DNA of 64,000 bases from Felis catus (Eukaryota): assembly GCF_018350175.1 (NCBI RefSeq), contig NC_058368.1:84446001-84510000 (forward strand), read 5' to 3'. The notes under the pieces are model-generated. The model made no database searches. It saw only the letters and a program-made list of their open reading frames with translations, and was not told the origin of the DNA. This document shows positions 24,781 through 39,522 of this stretch, in pieces. A program made the position numbers and the translations under genes. How positions within the stretch are numbered: the stretch's first letter is position 1; every line of letters begins with the position of its first letter.

Positions 24781-27700
24781 TATTCTCCGTTTGATTTTGT
24801 AATGGGGAAGAGGAGGGGAGGGGGCTGGTGTCTCACAAAGGCTTTTCCCTAGACGTTTTGCACGTGGCTCAACTTTGAGGCATTTGCATTTGTAAAATGT
24901 CTTATTAAAGAAATATTTTCGAAATAATTTCAGAATTAAGTAAAAGTTTAGAAACTAGTACAAAGAATTCTCATTCTATTCACTTGGACTCCCCAAATGT
25001 TAACATCTAATTTAACAGAACCGCAAAACTAGGACACTAACATCTACAGGTTCTATTCAGATCAGTCTGTTTGTCTAGCCCATTTCTTTTCTGTGGTATA
25101 GGATCCAAGTCAGTATTTAGTTGCATTTAGTTGTCTTATTGGACAAATTTACATTTTAACCAGTAGAGGCTCTCTCCCCTTCAGAGTGGCATTGGAAGCA
25201 CCAGATCTCAAATCAGAGGGTCTTTTCTTCCTCCCTGCCAGGCCCAATAGAGAGTGGCAGCTTTGGTCATCCTCTGTGCCTTGACCCATCCTGGTCCTAG
25301 CCAGCCTCTCTTGATTCTCCTTCTACTTATCAGGGCTATCTCCTTTTGTCCTCAAATCTCTGAAGATGCCCTCCTTGGCCATCTTCTCTTTCAGTCTGGG
25401 CATCTTCCCTGGGTGATCTCTTGTGGCTTTAAGGATTGTTGTGGTTCTGAGCAAACCCAGGTCCAGCCCAGGTCATTTCTCTGTCCCAGACTTGCTTAGC
25501 CTGTGGCCTGCATGATACGTTTCTGGGTTATCTCAAAAGCGTTTCTGTCTCAATATGAGCATAAGGCACCTTGAGCTTACTCACATCTGGTCCTCTTCTA
25601 GTGCCCCCAATTTCTGTGAATGACATCACCTTACCCTAGCCACCCAGACACCCCTGGGGAAGGCATCCCTTGTCAGCTCTTCCCCCAGCTCTAGCCTGCA
25701 GTCAATACAGATTTGGTTACCTTTTTGAATTCTCCCTGGGCTGGCCCACTTTTCTCTATGGGAACCACCATCCTGCCTTTTGTCTACCTGTACTTGCTTT
25801 GGTGCCCTCAGTTGGCTGCACCACAGTCAGAATAAGCTTGTTAAAATGTCCAAGTGATTGTGTCGTATTCTGCCTATAATCTTTAAAGATATTCCTTTGC
25901 TAAAAAAAAAAAAAAAAATAGAGGGCTTATTTCTCACAGTTTCAGAGAATCTTTATAAGTATATTTTGGCAAGAGTCAATCATATATCAAGAGTTCCTAG
26001 TTCTGTTCTGAATAAGTGACTGAAAGTCAAAAGGTGAAGATGAAAATGAAGGTCTGATAAGGTGGATTAGGTTCCCTGAACTATGGCCATTTGCTCATTT
26101 GTTCAGTTCGGCAAGTATTTATTGGATGCATACTGCATGCCAGGAGTTGTGTTGGCTTCTGGGGATATAAAGGTGAATAAATTTACCAGGCAACTGCCTG
26201 GCCATGGGGGCACTTTGTGAGGTCAACATGCAGTAACACTTGGCTTAGATGAGAACATTGCAGGACATAGGGTGGCCTGAGCCTAGGCAGGGGCTCGGTA
26301 GGGGAAGGCTTAGGACCAGGCTGTTTAGTGGCCTTGATCTAATACCAAGGCCTGTGCAGTTGTGATCTGGGAAGGTTCTTGGCAGATTGTGAGGATGGGC
26401 CAGTGTCAGAATGACTGATTGGGGGCTGTCACTGAATGTCAGTGAGTGGAAGAGGACCGCCTAGGGCACAACAGAGAAAAAGGTAATGAGCTGAGCTGCT
26501 GAGGGTTAGCATGACTGTGAAATGGTAACCAGGTCACATTCATTATCTGACCCCAAACTGGCCAGACGTGTTTGGATTTTATCAAAGTCATACTAAAGCA
26601 CCCCTAATCAAACACAGGATTTCTGCAGCAAAATGTATGGATACCTACAGTTAGAAATAGAGATTGCAGAGAGCCTCACATCATTTTAGATTTTGCTGCC
26701 AGAGTTTGTTGGTACATTTTGAAGAATTGTTCAGTTTTCACAGCATTTTTGACTTCTGAGAATTGTGGGGGAGGGATTGTGGATCTCAAATGATAGCTAA
26801 CACTTTTAGAGCCAGGCCCCTTGTATGTGCTTCACATGCCTTGACTCTTATCTTCACAGTGACCCCACTAGGATTGGTACCATGAAGATATCATTTTATA
26901 GGTGAGGACATGTGGGCACAGACAAGGTTAGCGACTTACCCATTGTTACAGAGCTTGCCACTGGTGGCTCCATGGTCTACATTCTTACCAGGCTGCAGAT
27001 TTGTGAATGGGAGGTGGGGAGAGGGGTTGAAGGACCAAGGTCTTTCTCCTACTGTTTAGACACCTAGCATCTATAGCCAGCCTGCCTGAGTGCTGAGGAA
27101 GGTCAGAGGAGAAGGGAGGTGGGAGGCCCATAGAGGTTATAGTCACATACTCAGATACACTAAGGGCTTGTGGGACTTGTTTCTGTGATGCCTGCATCTT
27201 GTGTGGTTGGGCTGTAGGGGAATTTATATGCAGTGTCAAGTAGACCAGAGGAAGAGGTGAGGTGGTCAGAGACGCTGTGTGGACAAGCTGGGATGTGGGC
27301 TGGCTGGGCTTTGAGAAATAAGGATTCTGTAAAGAGACTCTTCATGAGACTATAGAGTGGGTAGATAACTGTTTTCTAATTTTCTTCCTCTAGTTGTGCA
27401 AGATACATGTGTTCTGGAACACCACAGAATACCTTCTGCCTGCCACTCCTTCATCACCGCAGACAGCAGTCTTCCTGAGGGGCACAGAGTGGATCAACTC
27501 GCTAGTATTTGCTCACAGGTGTGCAAATATCCTTGTGCCTTTGTGTGTGTCTGTGTGAGTGTGCAAAAAATATATAAAATGCATGTGAACAAAAATAATG
27601 AAACAATGTTCAATATCCTGCTCAGTTTAAGAAATGGAACCTTATCCAAACCTTAGAAGTCATTTATCTGTCTGCTCCAGTTCATCTTTTCTCTTCAGAG

Positions 27701-28629
27701 GTAACCACTGTCCTGAAGTATCTTTTAATCATTTCCTTGCATTTCTTTATGGTTTTACCATGTGTATGTGTGTATTTCCAGATAATACATACTTTAGTTT
27801 TGTTTACCTTTTTGGTCCTTATAAAATGAATGCATGTAATGAAGTATGTGGGTTTTTTTTGCTAATGAATTTTTTTGCAATTCATTCAGTGGTGTGTGTG
27901 GCTGAAGTTCTTCATTCACTTTTTTTGTTGTATTTTATTATACAACAAAAAAAGGGAGATCCTTTTTTGTTGTCATAACTGGAAAGTGAGGTGCTACTGT
28001 CTCTAATGGGTAGAGGTCATGCATGCTGCTAAACATTCTGTAATGCACAGGACAGCCTCCCCATCTCCAGCCCTCCCACACACTGAAGAATTGTTTAGTC
28101 CCCAGTGTCATTGCTGAGGCTGAGAACTCTTGCCCTAGGGTAAATACTTGGGGTGGATTGCTGGGTGTGGGTTTGGGCATAGATACTAATGCACCTTTTA
28201 CACTCCTTCCAGCACTGAGGCCTCTTGTATGACTCATGGTCCTCTCCAATACTTGATAATGTCTGCCTGTAAAATTTTTGCCAACCTAGTGAAGTGATGT
28301 GTGAAATGATACCTCAATCGTGATTGAAATTTTTATTTCCCTAATAGTAATGAGATTGACTGTCTTTTCATGTTTGCATGCTGTTTGTATTTCCTTTGAG
28401 AAGTACCTGCTGATATCCTTTTACCCATTTTCCTGTTGTGTTATTTGTGTTTTTCTTAATTGTTCCTCTGATTTCTTTGTATATCTTAGATTCTTTGGAT
28501 CTCCTAGATACTAATCCCTTATATTTGTTACAGATAACTTTTTCTATTTATGAGTTTCTTCTGATGAACTAAGAAGTTCTTAATTTAAATGTGGTGTAAT
28601 TTATCATTTTCTTTATGGTTAATACTTTC

Positions 28630-29343
28630 TGCGGAAAGATGTGGTTCTTGCTGGTCCCCAGGTGGATGTGACTGCCTTTGGGACCACATTCAGTCAAGGC
28701 TGCAGCTGAACCACAGGACTGCTTCAGGGACCACAGCTGGGACTAAGATTAGCTGGTCTGCCACTGGGGGATTGGATCGGTATGTCTCCCACTGGTTCCC
28801 TGGACCTACCCTAGACTGTGGCAGAGAGAGGCTGAAACCATGTCTCAGGGCTGCTTCTGGGTCCACAGCTGACACTGAGGTCAGCAGGCCTCATACTAGA
28901 AGAATGGATGGGTGCTGCTGGGTCCCTGGGTGAGAAGGACTAAGGGCAGACTAGAGCCTGGACACAGGGGTGCTTTGGGATCCGTAGTCTGGTCCAAGGC
29001 TGGGGGACCTATTATTGGTGTGTGGACACTGTGGCTCTTCCCAAGTTCCTTGGCACATGGGATTGGTTGCAGGACTATGGCCAGGCAGGCCTGGAGCTCA
29101 GTCCCTTGGGTGTTGAGGCTGCCTTTGGTTTGTAGACCACGCTGCATTTGGTGAACTTACCACCAGAGTGCTGGCCTTTTTTTCAAAGAAGCTTTCCTTA
29201 GTCTTGGTTCACCCCAGTTTAGAAGCCTCCTACCTGGATCCCAAAGCACCTGCAAAGGCACTTTTCTGTGGTTGGCTGCCAAATCATTGTGTAGGGAGAC
29301 ACAAGATAGGGACTTTCTGTTCTTCCATCTTGCTGACATCACT
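28630..29343 (-). mobile_element. Older LINE-1 5' end fragment
   Basis: Ends in ccatcttgctgacatcac (rc gtgatgtcagcaagatgg), recalled as an old L1M-type 5' terminus. Confidence 0.5.
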
Positions 29344-29999
29344 GCTGTTTAGGATAGACCAAACGTTGTCAGTTTTGCTGTTCAGGTCTCAGTAATTTTG
29401 TCTGCTTGATCATTAATCACTGAAAGAGGTGTATTGAATCTCTCACTACTGTGATGGGTTTGTCAGCTTCTGCAGTTAATTTTTACTTTATTTTGAGGTT
29501 GTTATTAAGTGCATAAAATTTAAAATTATTATATCCTTCTAGCAAGTAGGAGATTTTTTCTCTAGAAGTTACCTTCTTTTTCTCTGATAATTGTAAAAAT
29601 TAACATAAAATAAAATTTGCCATATTAACTGCTTTTCACTAGTGTTAATATACTCAAATTGTTGTACAGCCAATCTTGAGAACACTTTTATCTTGCAACA
29701 TTGAAACTCTATACCCATTAAGCATCATCTCCCCATTTCCCCCTCCACCCTCCACTGGTGTTAGCAACCACCCTTCTACTTTCTGTTTCTATGAATTGGA
29801 GTAATTTAGATACCTCATATAAATGGAATCCTACAGTGTTTGTCTTTTTGTGATTGGTTTATTTAGCATGATATCCTTAAGTTTCATCCATGCTACAACA
29901 TGTAACAAGATTTTATTCCTTTTTGAGACTGAATAATACTCCATTGTAAGTATGTACCACATTTTCTTTATCTAGCCATATATATATATATATATATTT

Positions 30000-30394
30000 A
30001 ATTTTTATTTAAGTACAAGTTAACATACAGTGCAATATTGGTTTCAGAAGTAGAATAAAATGATCCATCACTTACATACAACATCCAGTGCTCATCATCA
30101 CAAGTGCCCTCCTTATTACTCAACACCCATTTAGCCCATCCCCACCCACCACTCCATCAACCTTGTTTGTTCTCCATCATTGAGAGTCTCTTATGGTTTC
30201 CTTCCCTCTCTTTTTTTTTTCCTCTTCCATATGTTCATCTGTTTTGTTTCTTAAGTTGCATATTTGAGTAAAATTATGTGGTTATTTGTTTTTTCTTGAA
30301 TGAATTATTTCACTTAGCATAAAATACTGTAGCTCCATCCACCTCTTTGCAAATGGCAAGATTTCATTCTTTTTGAAGGCTGAGTGATAATGTT

Positions 30395-30439
<45 letters not shown>

Positions 30440-33400
30440 ATGTGTCCATTCTTTATCCATTCATCAGTTGATGGACGTTTGGGCTCTTTCTATAGTTTGG
30501 CTATTGTTAATAAGGCTGTGATAAACGTTGGGGTGCGTTGACCCCTTTGAATCTGTATTTTTGTATCCTTTGGGTAAATATCTAATAGCGCAATTGCTGG
30601 ATGATAACGTAGTTCTATTTTTAACTTTTTGAGGAACCTCCGTACTGTTCTCCAGAGTGGCTGTACCAGTTTGCATTCCCACCAGCAGGGCCAAAGGGTT
30701 TCCCTTTCTCCACAATCACGCCAATGCCTGTTGTTTCTTGTGTTGTTAATTTTAGCCATTCTGACAGGTGTGAGGTGGTATGTCATTGTGATTTTGATTC
30801 ATATTTCCCTGATGATGAGTGATGGTGAGCATCTTTTCATGTGTCCATTAGCCATCTGGATGTCTTCTTTGGAAAAGTTTCTGTTCATGTCCTCTCCCAT
30901 TTCTTTACTGGATTATTTGTTTTTGGGTGCTGAATTTGGTAAGTTCTTTATAGATTTTGGATACTAACCCTTTATCAGTCAGATATATCATTTGGAAATA
31001 TCTTCTCCTGTTCCCTAGGTTGTTTTTCAGTTTTGTTGATAGTTACTTCACTGTGCAGGATCTTTTTATATTCATCAAGGTCCAATAGCCCATTTTTGCT
31101 TTTGTTTCTGTGCCTCCGGTGATGTATCTAGTAAGAAGTTGCTGTGGCCAAGGTCAAAGAGGTTGCTGCCTGTAATACAGCAAAATTCCTCTAGAATTTT
31201 GATGGTTCTCTGTCTCACATTTAGGTCTTTCATCCATTTTGAATTTATTTTTGTGTATGTTATAAGAAAGTGGTCTACTTTCATTCTTCTGCATGTTGCT
31301 GTCCAGTTTTCCCAGCACCATTTTTTAAAGAGACTTTTTTCTATTTGATACTCTTTCTTGCTTTGTTGAAGATTAATGGACCATATAATTGTGGTTCCAT
31401 TCCTGCATTTTCTATCTGTTTCATTGATCTGTGTGTCTGTTTTTGTGCCAGTACCATAGTGTCTTGATGATTACAGCTTTGTAATAGAGCTTGATATCTG
31501 GAATCGTGATGCCTCCAGCTTTTCTTTTCTTTTTCAGGATTGCTTGGCTATCTGGGGTCTTTTCTGGTTCCATACAAATTTTAGGATTCTTTGTTGTAGC
31601 TCTGTGAAAAATGCTGGTGGTATGGGGGCAGGGTATTGACAGGGATTACATTAAATGTGTAGATTGCATTGTGTAAAATGTAGACATTTTAACAATGTTC
31701 TTCCAATCCATGAACATGGAATGGTTTTCCATTTCTTTGTGTCCTCTTCAATTTCTTTCATAAGTGTTCTATGGTTTTCAGAGTACAGATCTCTTACCTC
31801 TTTGGTTAGGTTTATTTCTAGGTATCTTACGGTTTTTGGTGCAATTGTAAATGGGATTGATTCCTTGATTTCTGCTGTGTCGTTGTTGTTGTTTAATGCA
31901 ATACATTTCTGTACATTGAAATTGTATGCTCCAAATTTGCTGGATTCATTTATCAGTTCTAGCAGTTTTTGGGTGAAGTCTTTTGGGATTTCTAAATAGA
32001 GTAACATGTCTTCTGCAAATAGTGAAAGTTTGACTTCTTCCTTGGTGATTTGAATACTTTTTGTTTCTTTTTGCTGTCTGATTGCTGAGGCTAAGACTTA
32101 CAATACTATGTTAAATAGTATGGTGAGAGTGGACAACCCTGTCTTCTTCCTGACCATAGAGGAAAGGCTCTCAGTTTTTCCCCATTGAGGATTGTATGAG
32201 CTGTGTAGTCTTTCAGATACGGACTTTATTATGTTGAGGTATGTTTCATCTATCCCTATTTTGCTGAGGGCTTTTTTTTCAAGAATGTATGCCATACTTT
32301 GTCAAATACGTTTTCTGCATTTATTGAGAGGATCGTATGGTTCATGGTTTTTTTTTTTTTTTTTTTTTAATGTGTATCATATTGATTGATTTGTGAACAG
32401 TGAACTACCCCTGAATCCAAGGAATAAATACTGCTGATCGTGGGCAATAAATCTTTTAAGTCCTGTTGGATACAATTTGCTAGTGTCTTGTTGAGGATTT
32501 TAGTATCCATGATCATTGGGAATATTGGCCTGTTCTCTATTTTAGTGGGTTCTTTTTCTCATTTTTGGATTAAGGTAATGCTGGCCTTGTAGAATGAGAC
32601 TGGAAGTTTTCCTTCTATTTCTGTTTTTTGGAACAATTTGAGCAGGGTATATATTAACTTTTCTTTAAATGTCTGGTAGAATTCCCCTGGCAAGTTGTCT
32701 GGCCTTGGACTTTTGTTTGTTGGGAGATTTTTGATAACATTCAATTTCTTGGCTAGTTACGGGTCAATTCAAATTTTCTATTTCTTCATGTTTTAGTTTT
32801 GGTAGTTTGTATTTTTCTAGAAATTTGTCCATTTCTTCTAGATTGCCCAGTTTGTTGGCATATAATTTTTCTTAATATTCTCTTAGAGTTGTTTGTATTT
32901 CTAAAGTGTTGGTTGTGATGTCTCCTCTTTCATTTGTGATTTTATTTATTTGGATCCTTTGTCTTTTCTTTTTGATAAGTCTGGCTAGGGGTTTATCAAT
33001 TTTATTAATTCTCTCAAAGAACCAGCTCCTCATTTTGTTGATCTTTTTTAATTTCTATACCATTTATTTGTGCTCTAATCCTTATTATTTACCTTCTTCT
33101 GCTGGCTTCAGACTTTATTTGCTTTTCCTTTTCTATCTTCATTAGGTATAAGGTTATTGTGTAACCTTGTGTATTGAGACTTTTCTTCCTTTTTGAGGTA
33201 GGCCTATATTGTGATCTATTTCCCTCTTAGGTCCGCCTTTGCTACATCCCAAAGGGTTTGGACTGTCGTGTTTTCATTTTCATTTGCTTCCATATACATT
33301 TTAAATTCTTTAATTTCCTGGTTAATCCTTTTCATTCTTCAGTAGGATGTTCTTTAACCTCCAAGGGCTTTCCATATTTTTTCTTGTGGTTGACTTCAAG

Positions 33401-36400
33401 TTTCATAGCATTGTGATAGGGCATTATGAAGGGCATGATCTCGATATTTCTGTACCTGTTGAGGACTGATATGTGACCTAATGTGATCTGTTCTGGGGAA
33501 TGTTCCATGTACACTTGAGATGAATATGTATTCTGTTGCTTTAGGATGAAATGTTCTGAATATGTCTGTTAAGTCTCTCTGCTCCAGTGTGTCATTCAAA
33601 GCCATTATTTCCTTGTGGATTTTCTGCTTAGGTGATCTGTCCATTACTGTCAGTTGGGTGTTAAAGTTCTCTATCAATGAGTTTCTTTATGTTTGTTATT
33701 AATTGATTCTTATATTTGGGAACTCTCAATTGGACCCTAAGTATTTAAAATTGTTAGATCTTTTGTTTTTAATTTTTTAAATGTTTATTCATTTTTGAGA
33801 GAAAGAGAGACAGAGAGAGAGAGAGAAAGAGCATGAGTAGGGGAGGGTCAGAGAGAGAGAGGGAGACATAGAATCTGAAGGAGGCTCCAGGCTCTGAGCT
33901 GTCAACACAGACTGCAACACGGGGCTCAAACCCACCAACCATGAGATCATGACCTGAGCTGAAGTCGGACACTTAACCTCCCCAAATTGTTAGATCTTCT
34001 TGATGGATAGACCGCTTAACTGTGATGTAATGCACTTCTTCATCTCCTGTTACAGTCTTTGGTTTATTTTTTATTTATTTTTTTGCTTTATGTTTTTTAA
34101 TTTTTTTTTAATTTATTTTTTATTTAAATTCAAGTTAGTTAAAATATATTGTAAAAATGATTTCAGGAGTAGAATTTAGTGATTAATTACTTACATATAA
34201 CACCCAGTACTCATCCCAACCAGTGCGCTCCTTAATGCCCATCACCCATTTAGCGCATCCCCCCATGCAGTATCCCTTCAGCAACCATCAGTTCCCTGTA
34301 TATAAGAGTCTCTTATGGTTTGCTTCCCTCTCTGGTTTTGTCTTATTTTTCCTTCCCTTCCTCTATGTTCATCTGTTGAGTTTCTCAAATTCCACATATG
34401 AGTGAAATCATGATTGTCTTTCTCTGACTATTTTGTTTCACATATACACTCTAATTCCATCCGTGTTGTTGCAAATGGCAAGATTTTATTCTTTTTGATC
34501 ACCAATTAGTATTCCATTGTACATATACACCACATATTTTTTTTTAATATTTTTAAAAAATTTTTAATTTATTTTTGAGAGAGAGACAGAGTATGAGTGG
34601 GGGATGGGCAGAGAGAGAGGGAGACACAGAATCCAAAGCAGGCTCCAGCACAGAGCCTGACACGGGGCTTGAACAAATGACCTGAGCCGAAGATCCGATG
34701 CGAGATCATGACCTGAGCCGAAGTCGGACACTTAACCAACTGAGCCACCCAGGCGCCCTGATATATACCACATCTTCTTTATCCATTCATCAGTTGATGG
34801 ACATTTGGGCTCTTTCCGTAATTTGGCTGTTGTCGATAGTGCTGCTATCAACATTGTGGAGCATGTGCTCCTTTGAATCAGCATTTTTGTATACTTGGAT
34901 AAATACCTAGTGCAATTGCTGGGTCATAGGGTAGTTCTGTTTTTAATTGTTTGAGGCACCTCCATACTGTTTTCCAGAGTTTGCATTTCCACCAAGAGTG
35001 CAAAAGGGTTCCCCTTTCACAGCATCCTCACCAACATCTTGTTACTGTCTTTGATTTAAAATGTAATTTGTATGATCTAAGTATGGGTACTGTGGCTTTC
35101 TTTTGACAGCCATTAGCATGATAGATGATTCTCCATCCCCTCACTTTGAATCTGCAGTTGTCTTTAGGTTAAAATGACTCTCTTATAGGCAGCATATTGA
35201 TGGGGTCTTGGTTTTTTTTTTGTTGTTGTTGTTTTTAATCTGTTCTGACATCCTGTGTCTTTTGATTAGAATATTTAGTCCATTTACATTCAGAATGGTT
35301 ATTGAAAGATATGAATTTAGTGCCATTTTGTTACATGTAAAGTTGGTGTTTCTGGTGATGTTCTCTTTTCCCTTCTATCCTTGTTGATTTTGTTTTTTTT
35401 TTTTTTTTCCCCACTCAAAGAGTCCCTGTTACTATTTCTTGCAGGGCTGGTTTAGTGGTCATGAACTCCTTTAGTTTTTGCTGGTCTGAGAAACTCTTTA
35501 TCTCTCCTTCTATTCTGAATAACATCCTTTCTGAATAAAGTATTCTTGGTTGCATATGATTCCTATTCAGCACGTTGAATATATCATGCTATTCCCTTCT
35601 CTCCTGTCAAGTTTCTGTGGACAGATCTGTTGTGAACCTGATATGTTTTCCCTTATAGGTGAAGGACTTTTTTGCTCTGTGCTTTCAGGATTTTTTCCTT
35701 GTGTGTATTATTTTGTGTATTTGACTATGATGTGTCTTCATGGTGGCTAACTTTTGTTGAATTTAATGGGAGTTCTCTGTGCTTCTTGGGATTGTGATGT
35801 CAGTTTTATTCCCCAGATTAGGGAAGTTTTCAGCTATAATTTACTCAGATAACCCTCTACCTTTTTCTCTGCATCTTCTGGGACTCTTATGTTTTGAATG
35901 TTATAACAGTTCAAGGAGTCACTGAGTTCCTAAAGTCTACATTTGTGATCTGAAACCTTTCTTTTCCTCTTCTTTTCAGCTTCATTGCTTTCCATAATTT
36001 TAGATTCAGTATCACTGATTCTTACCTCTGTGTCCTCTCTGTCATGGCATCCATTCAGGTTTGTATCTCGGTTATAGCATTATTTAATTTTGGCCTGACT
36101 AGTTTTTAGTTCTTTTGTCTTTGTAGTAATGGATTCCTTAGTGTCTTCTATGCTTTTTTCAATATCAGCTAGTACCCTTAAAATTGTTGTTTCAAATTCT
36201 AGTTCAGACATCTTATATCTGTGTTGATTAAATCTCTGGCCATGAATTTTTCCATTTTTTTCTTTTGGGATGGGATGAATTTCTACTTGTCACTTTGGAG
36301 GTCAAAAAAAAAATGAGGGAGAAAGAGAGATAGAGAAGAAAACAGACTAGATCTTCAATGTGTTTTGGTCTCCTTGTTAAGAGACACTTGATCCAAAATA

Positions 36401-38030
36401 AAAAAGAAAAAGAAAACAAATAGAATAAAATAATAATTTAAAAAATAAAATAGCGTGTGGGTGGCTTAGCCAGTTAAGTGTCTGACTTTTGATTTTGGCT
36501 CAGGTCATGATCTCACAGTTTGTGAGATCAAACCTCACATTGGGCTCTGTGTTAACATTGCAGAGCCTGCTTGGGATTCTCTCCCTCTCTGTCAGTCCCT
36601 CCCCTACTCACTCGTGCACATTTTGTCTCTCTTTCATAATAAATGAATAATAAAAATAAATAGAAAAAGAATAAACAAAAATTCCTTTCTCTGTATTTGT
36701 ATATACATATGTATATATACATATGTGTATATATGTGTGTGTATATACACACACATATATACACATACATATATATAAATCCAAAGGAGGCTAGATCCTG
36801 TTTCCCCTAGAGCTGAAGCTTTGTAGCACTTTATTATCAGTAGACTTGGTGCATGTGAGGGATTTGTGCTGATATTCTGGGGTAGGAGCTGATTGCTCTG
36901 ATTCTCAGGAGGACTTGCCCTAGTCAAGTTGTACTTGCAGAGCACAGTGGGGTGAGGCTTGCAGTAAGCGGCTCCAGCTTCCACTTGGTGATGCTGTTTT
37001 GTTCCCTGAAGTCGGTCAGAGTTGAAGGGTGAGGGAAGAATGGTTTTTCCCTGCTTTCTTTTCTCTGGATCAGGGATCTCATGCATACTGCTCCTCAGGA
37101 AGCCCTCACAGATGATCAAAGAGTCACCCCTCCTTTGTTCCAAGCTTCTGTCAGATACCCGTCATCATCCTTTGTATGAACTGTCTGCCTACCAGGAGGC
37201 ACAGCACTTCTGTGTTTTATCTGTGGCATGACTGAGTTTCAAAACTCACCCTGAGGTGCAGACTTCTGCTGATCCTCTGGGGGAGGGTCTTGCTGTGTGC
37301 TGTGGCCAGTGCTGGCAGTCCCAGAAAACAGACATGCGGCTGCACAGCAGTTTGGAGTTTATGGTAAATCACAGCACAAAGCCAGCGCCAAGGTTTGCTG
37401 TCCTCAGCCAGTATCTTTGTTCCTTTGCTGATGAACAGGGTAGTTCAATGGCTCCTGCAGGATCTTTTGCCCCCAGAGAGACCATATCACCTCTACCAAT
37501 GCACCCCAGACAGGGGAACTCTTTCTTCCTGTCTGATCCAGGGGATCTGCCTGCTCCTGGGTGTCTGCCGTCCTTCCCCACCAGAACACTGCTAATGCTG
37601 CCAGGCATGACCACGGTGATGGCACTGATCTCTGAAACTTTAGACTCTGCACTCTGCTGTTTATAAAACCTCCAATATTAAAACCCTTTCCTTTTGTCAC
37701 TCAGTGGTTTTGGGGAAGAGTTTTCTTGTGCAATCCCCTGCACATTTTCACTCTTTTTCTCACTCTTTCTCTCATTCTCTTTAACTCTTCTTTGTCCACA
37801 TTCAGGGATCCATGTCCTTTGCAGCACCTGCAGCACTTTTCTTTCTTAAATCAGTTCTTTGCACCTCATACCTTCCTCAAGGTGGTCTTTTTTCTGCTTG
37901 TCGATGTGCAACTTTGTTCTCTCAGTCCTGATTGGTTTCTTGGGTGTTCATAATGATTTGATATTTATCTAGTTGTGGTCGAGGAAGGAGACAAACTTAG
38001 GGTCACCCTACTCCTCTGCATTTGTAACCT
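30000..38030 (-). mobile_element. Near full-length degenerate carnivore LINE-1 in PGBD2 intron 1, with nested insertions
   Basis: 3' end ~30000, ORF2 remnants 30300-35330, ORF1 remnants 35415-36292, 5'UTR to ~38030. SINE 33763-33983 has TSD aaattgttagatctt. Nested L1 3' piece 34067-35039. SINE ~36453-36670 on +. Confidence 0.9.
34067..35039 (-). mobile_element. 5'-truncated L1 nested in the EN region of the host L1, itself holding a SINE (34540-34758)
   Basis: Imperfect TSD tgttacagtctttggttta (34048-34066) versus tgttactgtctttgattta (35040-35058). Confidence 0.82.
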
Positions 38031-38264
38031 GGGGCCCAAGATTTTGTTCTTTTTATGGGTGAATAATATTCTATTGTATCACATATTTTTAATCCATTCA
38101 TCTATTCTTTTTATAGTTCCTAAGATATGAAGTTTTTTTTTGATCTTTCTATTTATTTAATGTATGTGTTTATAACTATAAACTTCTCTCCTAGAAATCA
38201 TTTGCTGCATCCTATATGTTTTGATATATTGTGTTTCTTTTTTATTTGTTTCAAGATACTTTTT

Positions 38265-38690
38265 ATTTTTTTTTAATATTTTATTTATTTTTGAGAGAGT
38301 GCAAGTGGGGAGGGGTGGAAGGAGAGAGGGACAGAGGATCTGAAGCGGGCTCTGCACTGACAGTAGCGAGCCTGATGTGGGGCTTGAACTCACGAACTGC
38401 GAGATCATGGCCTGAGCTGAAGTTGGATGCTCAACCCACTGAGGCACCCAGGTGCCCCTTAATTTTTTTTAATGTTTATTTACTTATTTTTGAGAGAGAG
38501 ATAGAGCACATGTGCAAGCGTGCAAGCATGAGCAGGGGAGGGGTAGAGAGAGAGGGAGAGAAAGAATCCCAAGCAGGCTCTGTGTTGACAGCGCAGACTC
38601 CCAGACCCCGATGCAGGGTTTGATCTCATGAACCATAAGGTCATGACCTGAGCTGAAACCACTTAACCAACTTAGCCACCCATGCACTCC
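38265..38690 (-). mobile_element. Two tandem Can-SINEs (38265-38458, 38462-38690)
   Basis: Two consecutive T-tail / (GA)n / head units. Confidence 0.88.
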
Positions 38691-38769
38691 AACAAGATAT
38701 ATTTAAATTTTCTTTTTAATTTCTTCTTTAATTCATTGGTTGTTAAGGAGAATCTTGTTTCATAGTCAG

Positions 38770-39222
38770 TTCTTTACATATCTAGGACTTCACTGTCAAA
38801 TGCACTGGCCGCTGGCTAGGCATATATGACTATCTACATTAAAATTAATTGAAATCACATAAAATTAAAAATTCACTTTCTCAGTCACAAGCCATATATC
38901 AGATGTTTAATAATCACAGGTGGCTCATGGCTACCATATTAGGTACCAATGATACAAAACATTTCCACTATTATAATAACTTTCATTGGCAATCCTGATA
39001 TAGAATAGTTGTTCACCAGGAGCAATTTTTACCCTATGGGACACTTGACAATATCTGGAAACATTTTTGATTTCTACAAATAAGGGATGGGCATTCTGGT
39101 TTCTATTGGATAGAGGGCTGGAGAGCTATTAAACATCCCATAATACACAGGACAGCCCCCCCCACAGCAAAGACTCATTCAGCCAACATGACAATAATTC
39201 TGATGGTGGGAAACTCTGCCCT
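38770..39222. mobile_element. MER33-like and MER20-like DNA transposon fossils just upstream of exon 2
   Basis: aaaattaaaaattca.tttcctcagtcaca...ggctaccatatt (MER33-like); ggacacttgacaatatctggaaacattttt...catcccataatacacaggacagcccc (MER20-like). Confidence 0.6.
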
Positions 39223-39505
39223 ACGATGTATTTTGATGTGAAGTGTGAGGTGGAGATCTTGTTGTTTTTCCCTCTGCTTAACCAGTTGGCTAGACACCAT
39301 CCCTGTCCCTGTATACTCAGTCCATTTACTCTGCTGGTGAACCTTAAGCTAGAGATGCTTTTTGTTTTTGTTTTTGTTTTCCTTAAATGGTCTAGAAAGT
39401 CCTGTTGCCTTTCTCCTTAAGATACGATTTTTAAAAATCAATTTTTGTTGCCTTACAGATTCTTTGACTTTGCACATAAAGACCACTCTGTGTTCCCAGT
39501 ATATC

Positions 39506-39522
39506 ATGGCTTCAACTTCAAG
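39506..39522 (+). CDS. PGBD2: PGBD2 first coding segment in exon 2 (exon 39459-39522), encodes MASTS plus 2 nt of a split Ser codon
   Basis: Acceptor tttttgttgccttacAG (ends 39458), strong Kozak atcATGG at 39506, ATG GCT TCA ACT TCA AG then consensus donor GTAAGT at 39523. AG plus C(58533) gives AGC, in frame with exon 3. The product is MASTSSNPTVGRDASSKLKSMKLLEV..., 592 aa, colinear with the recalled human N-terminus MASTSRDVIAGRGIHSKVKSAKLLEV. Confidence 0.92.

Noticed and set aside
24034..24794. Overlapping 85-164 aa ORFs in the CpG island
   Set aside because: Expected from stop-codon scarcity in GC-rich DNA; Arg/Gly/Ala/Pro-rich with no domain.
29900..38110. TSD for the intron 1 L1 (similar sequence at 29905-29975 and 38037-38105)
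   Set aside because: Both are diverged copies of a common old-L1 3' motif with many mismatches, not a clean duplication.
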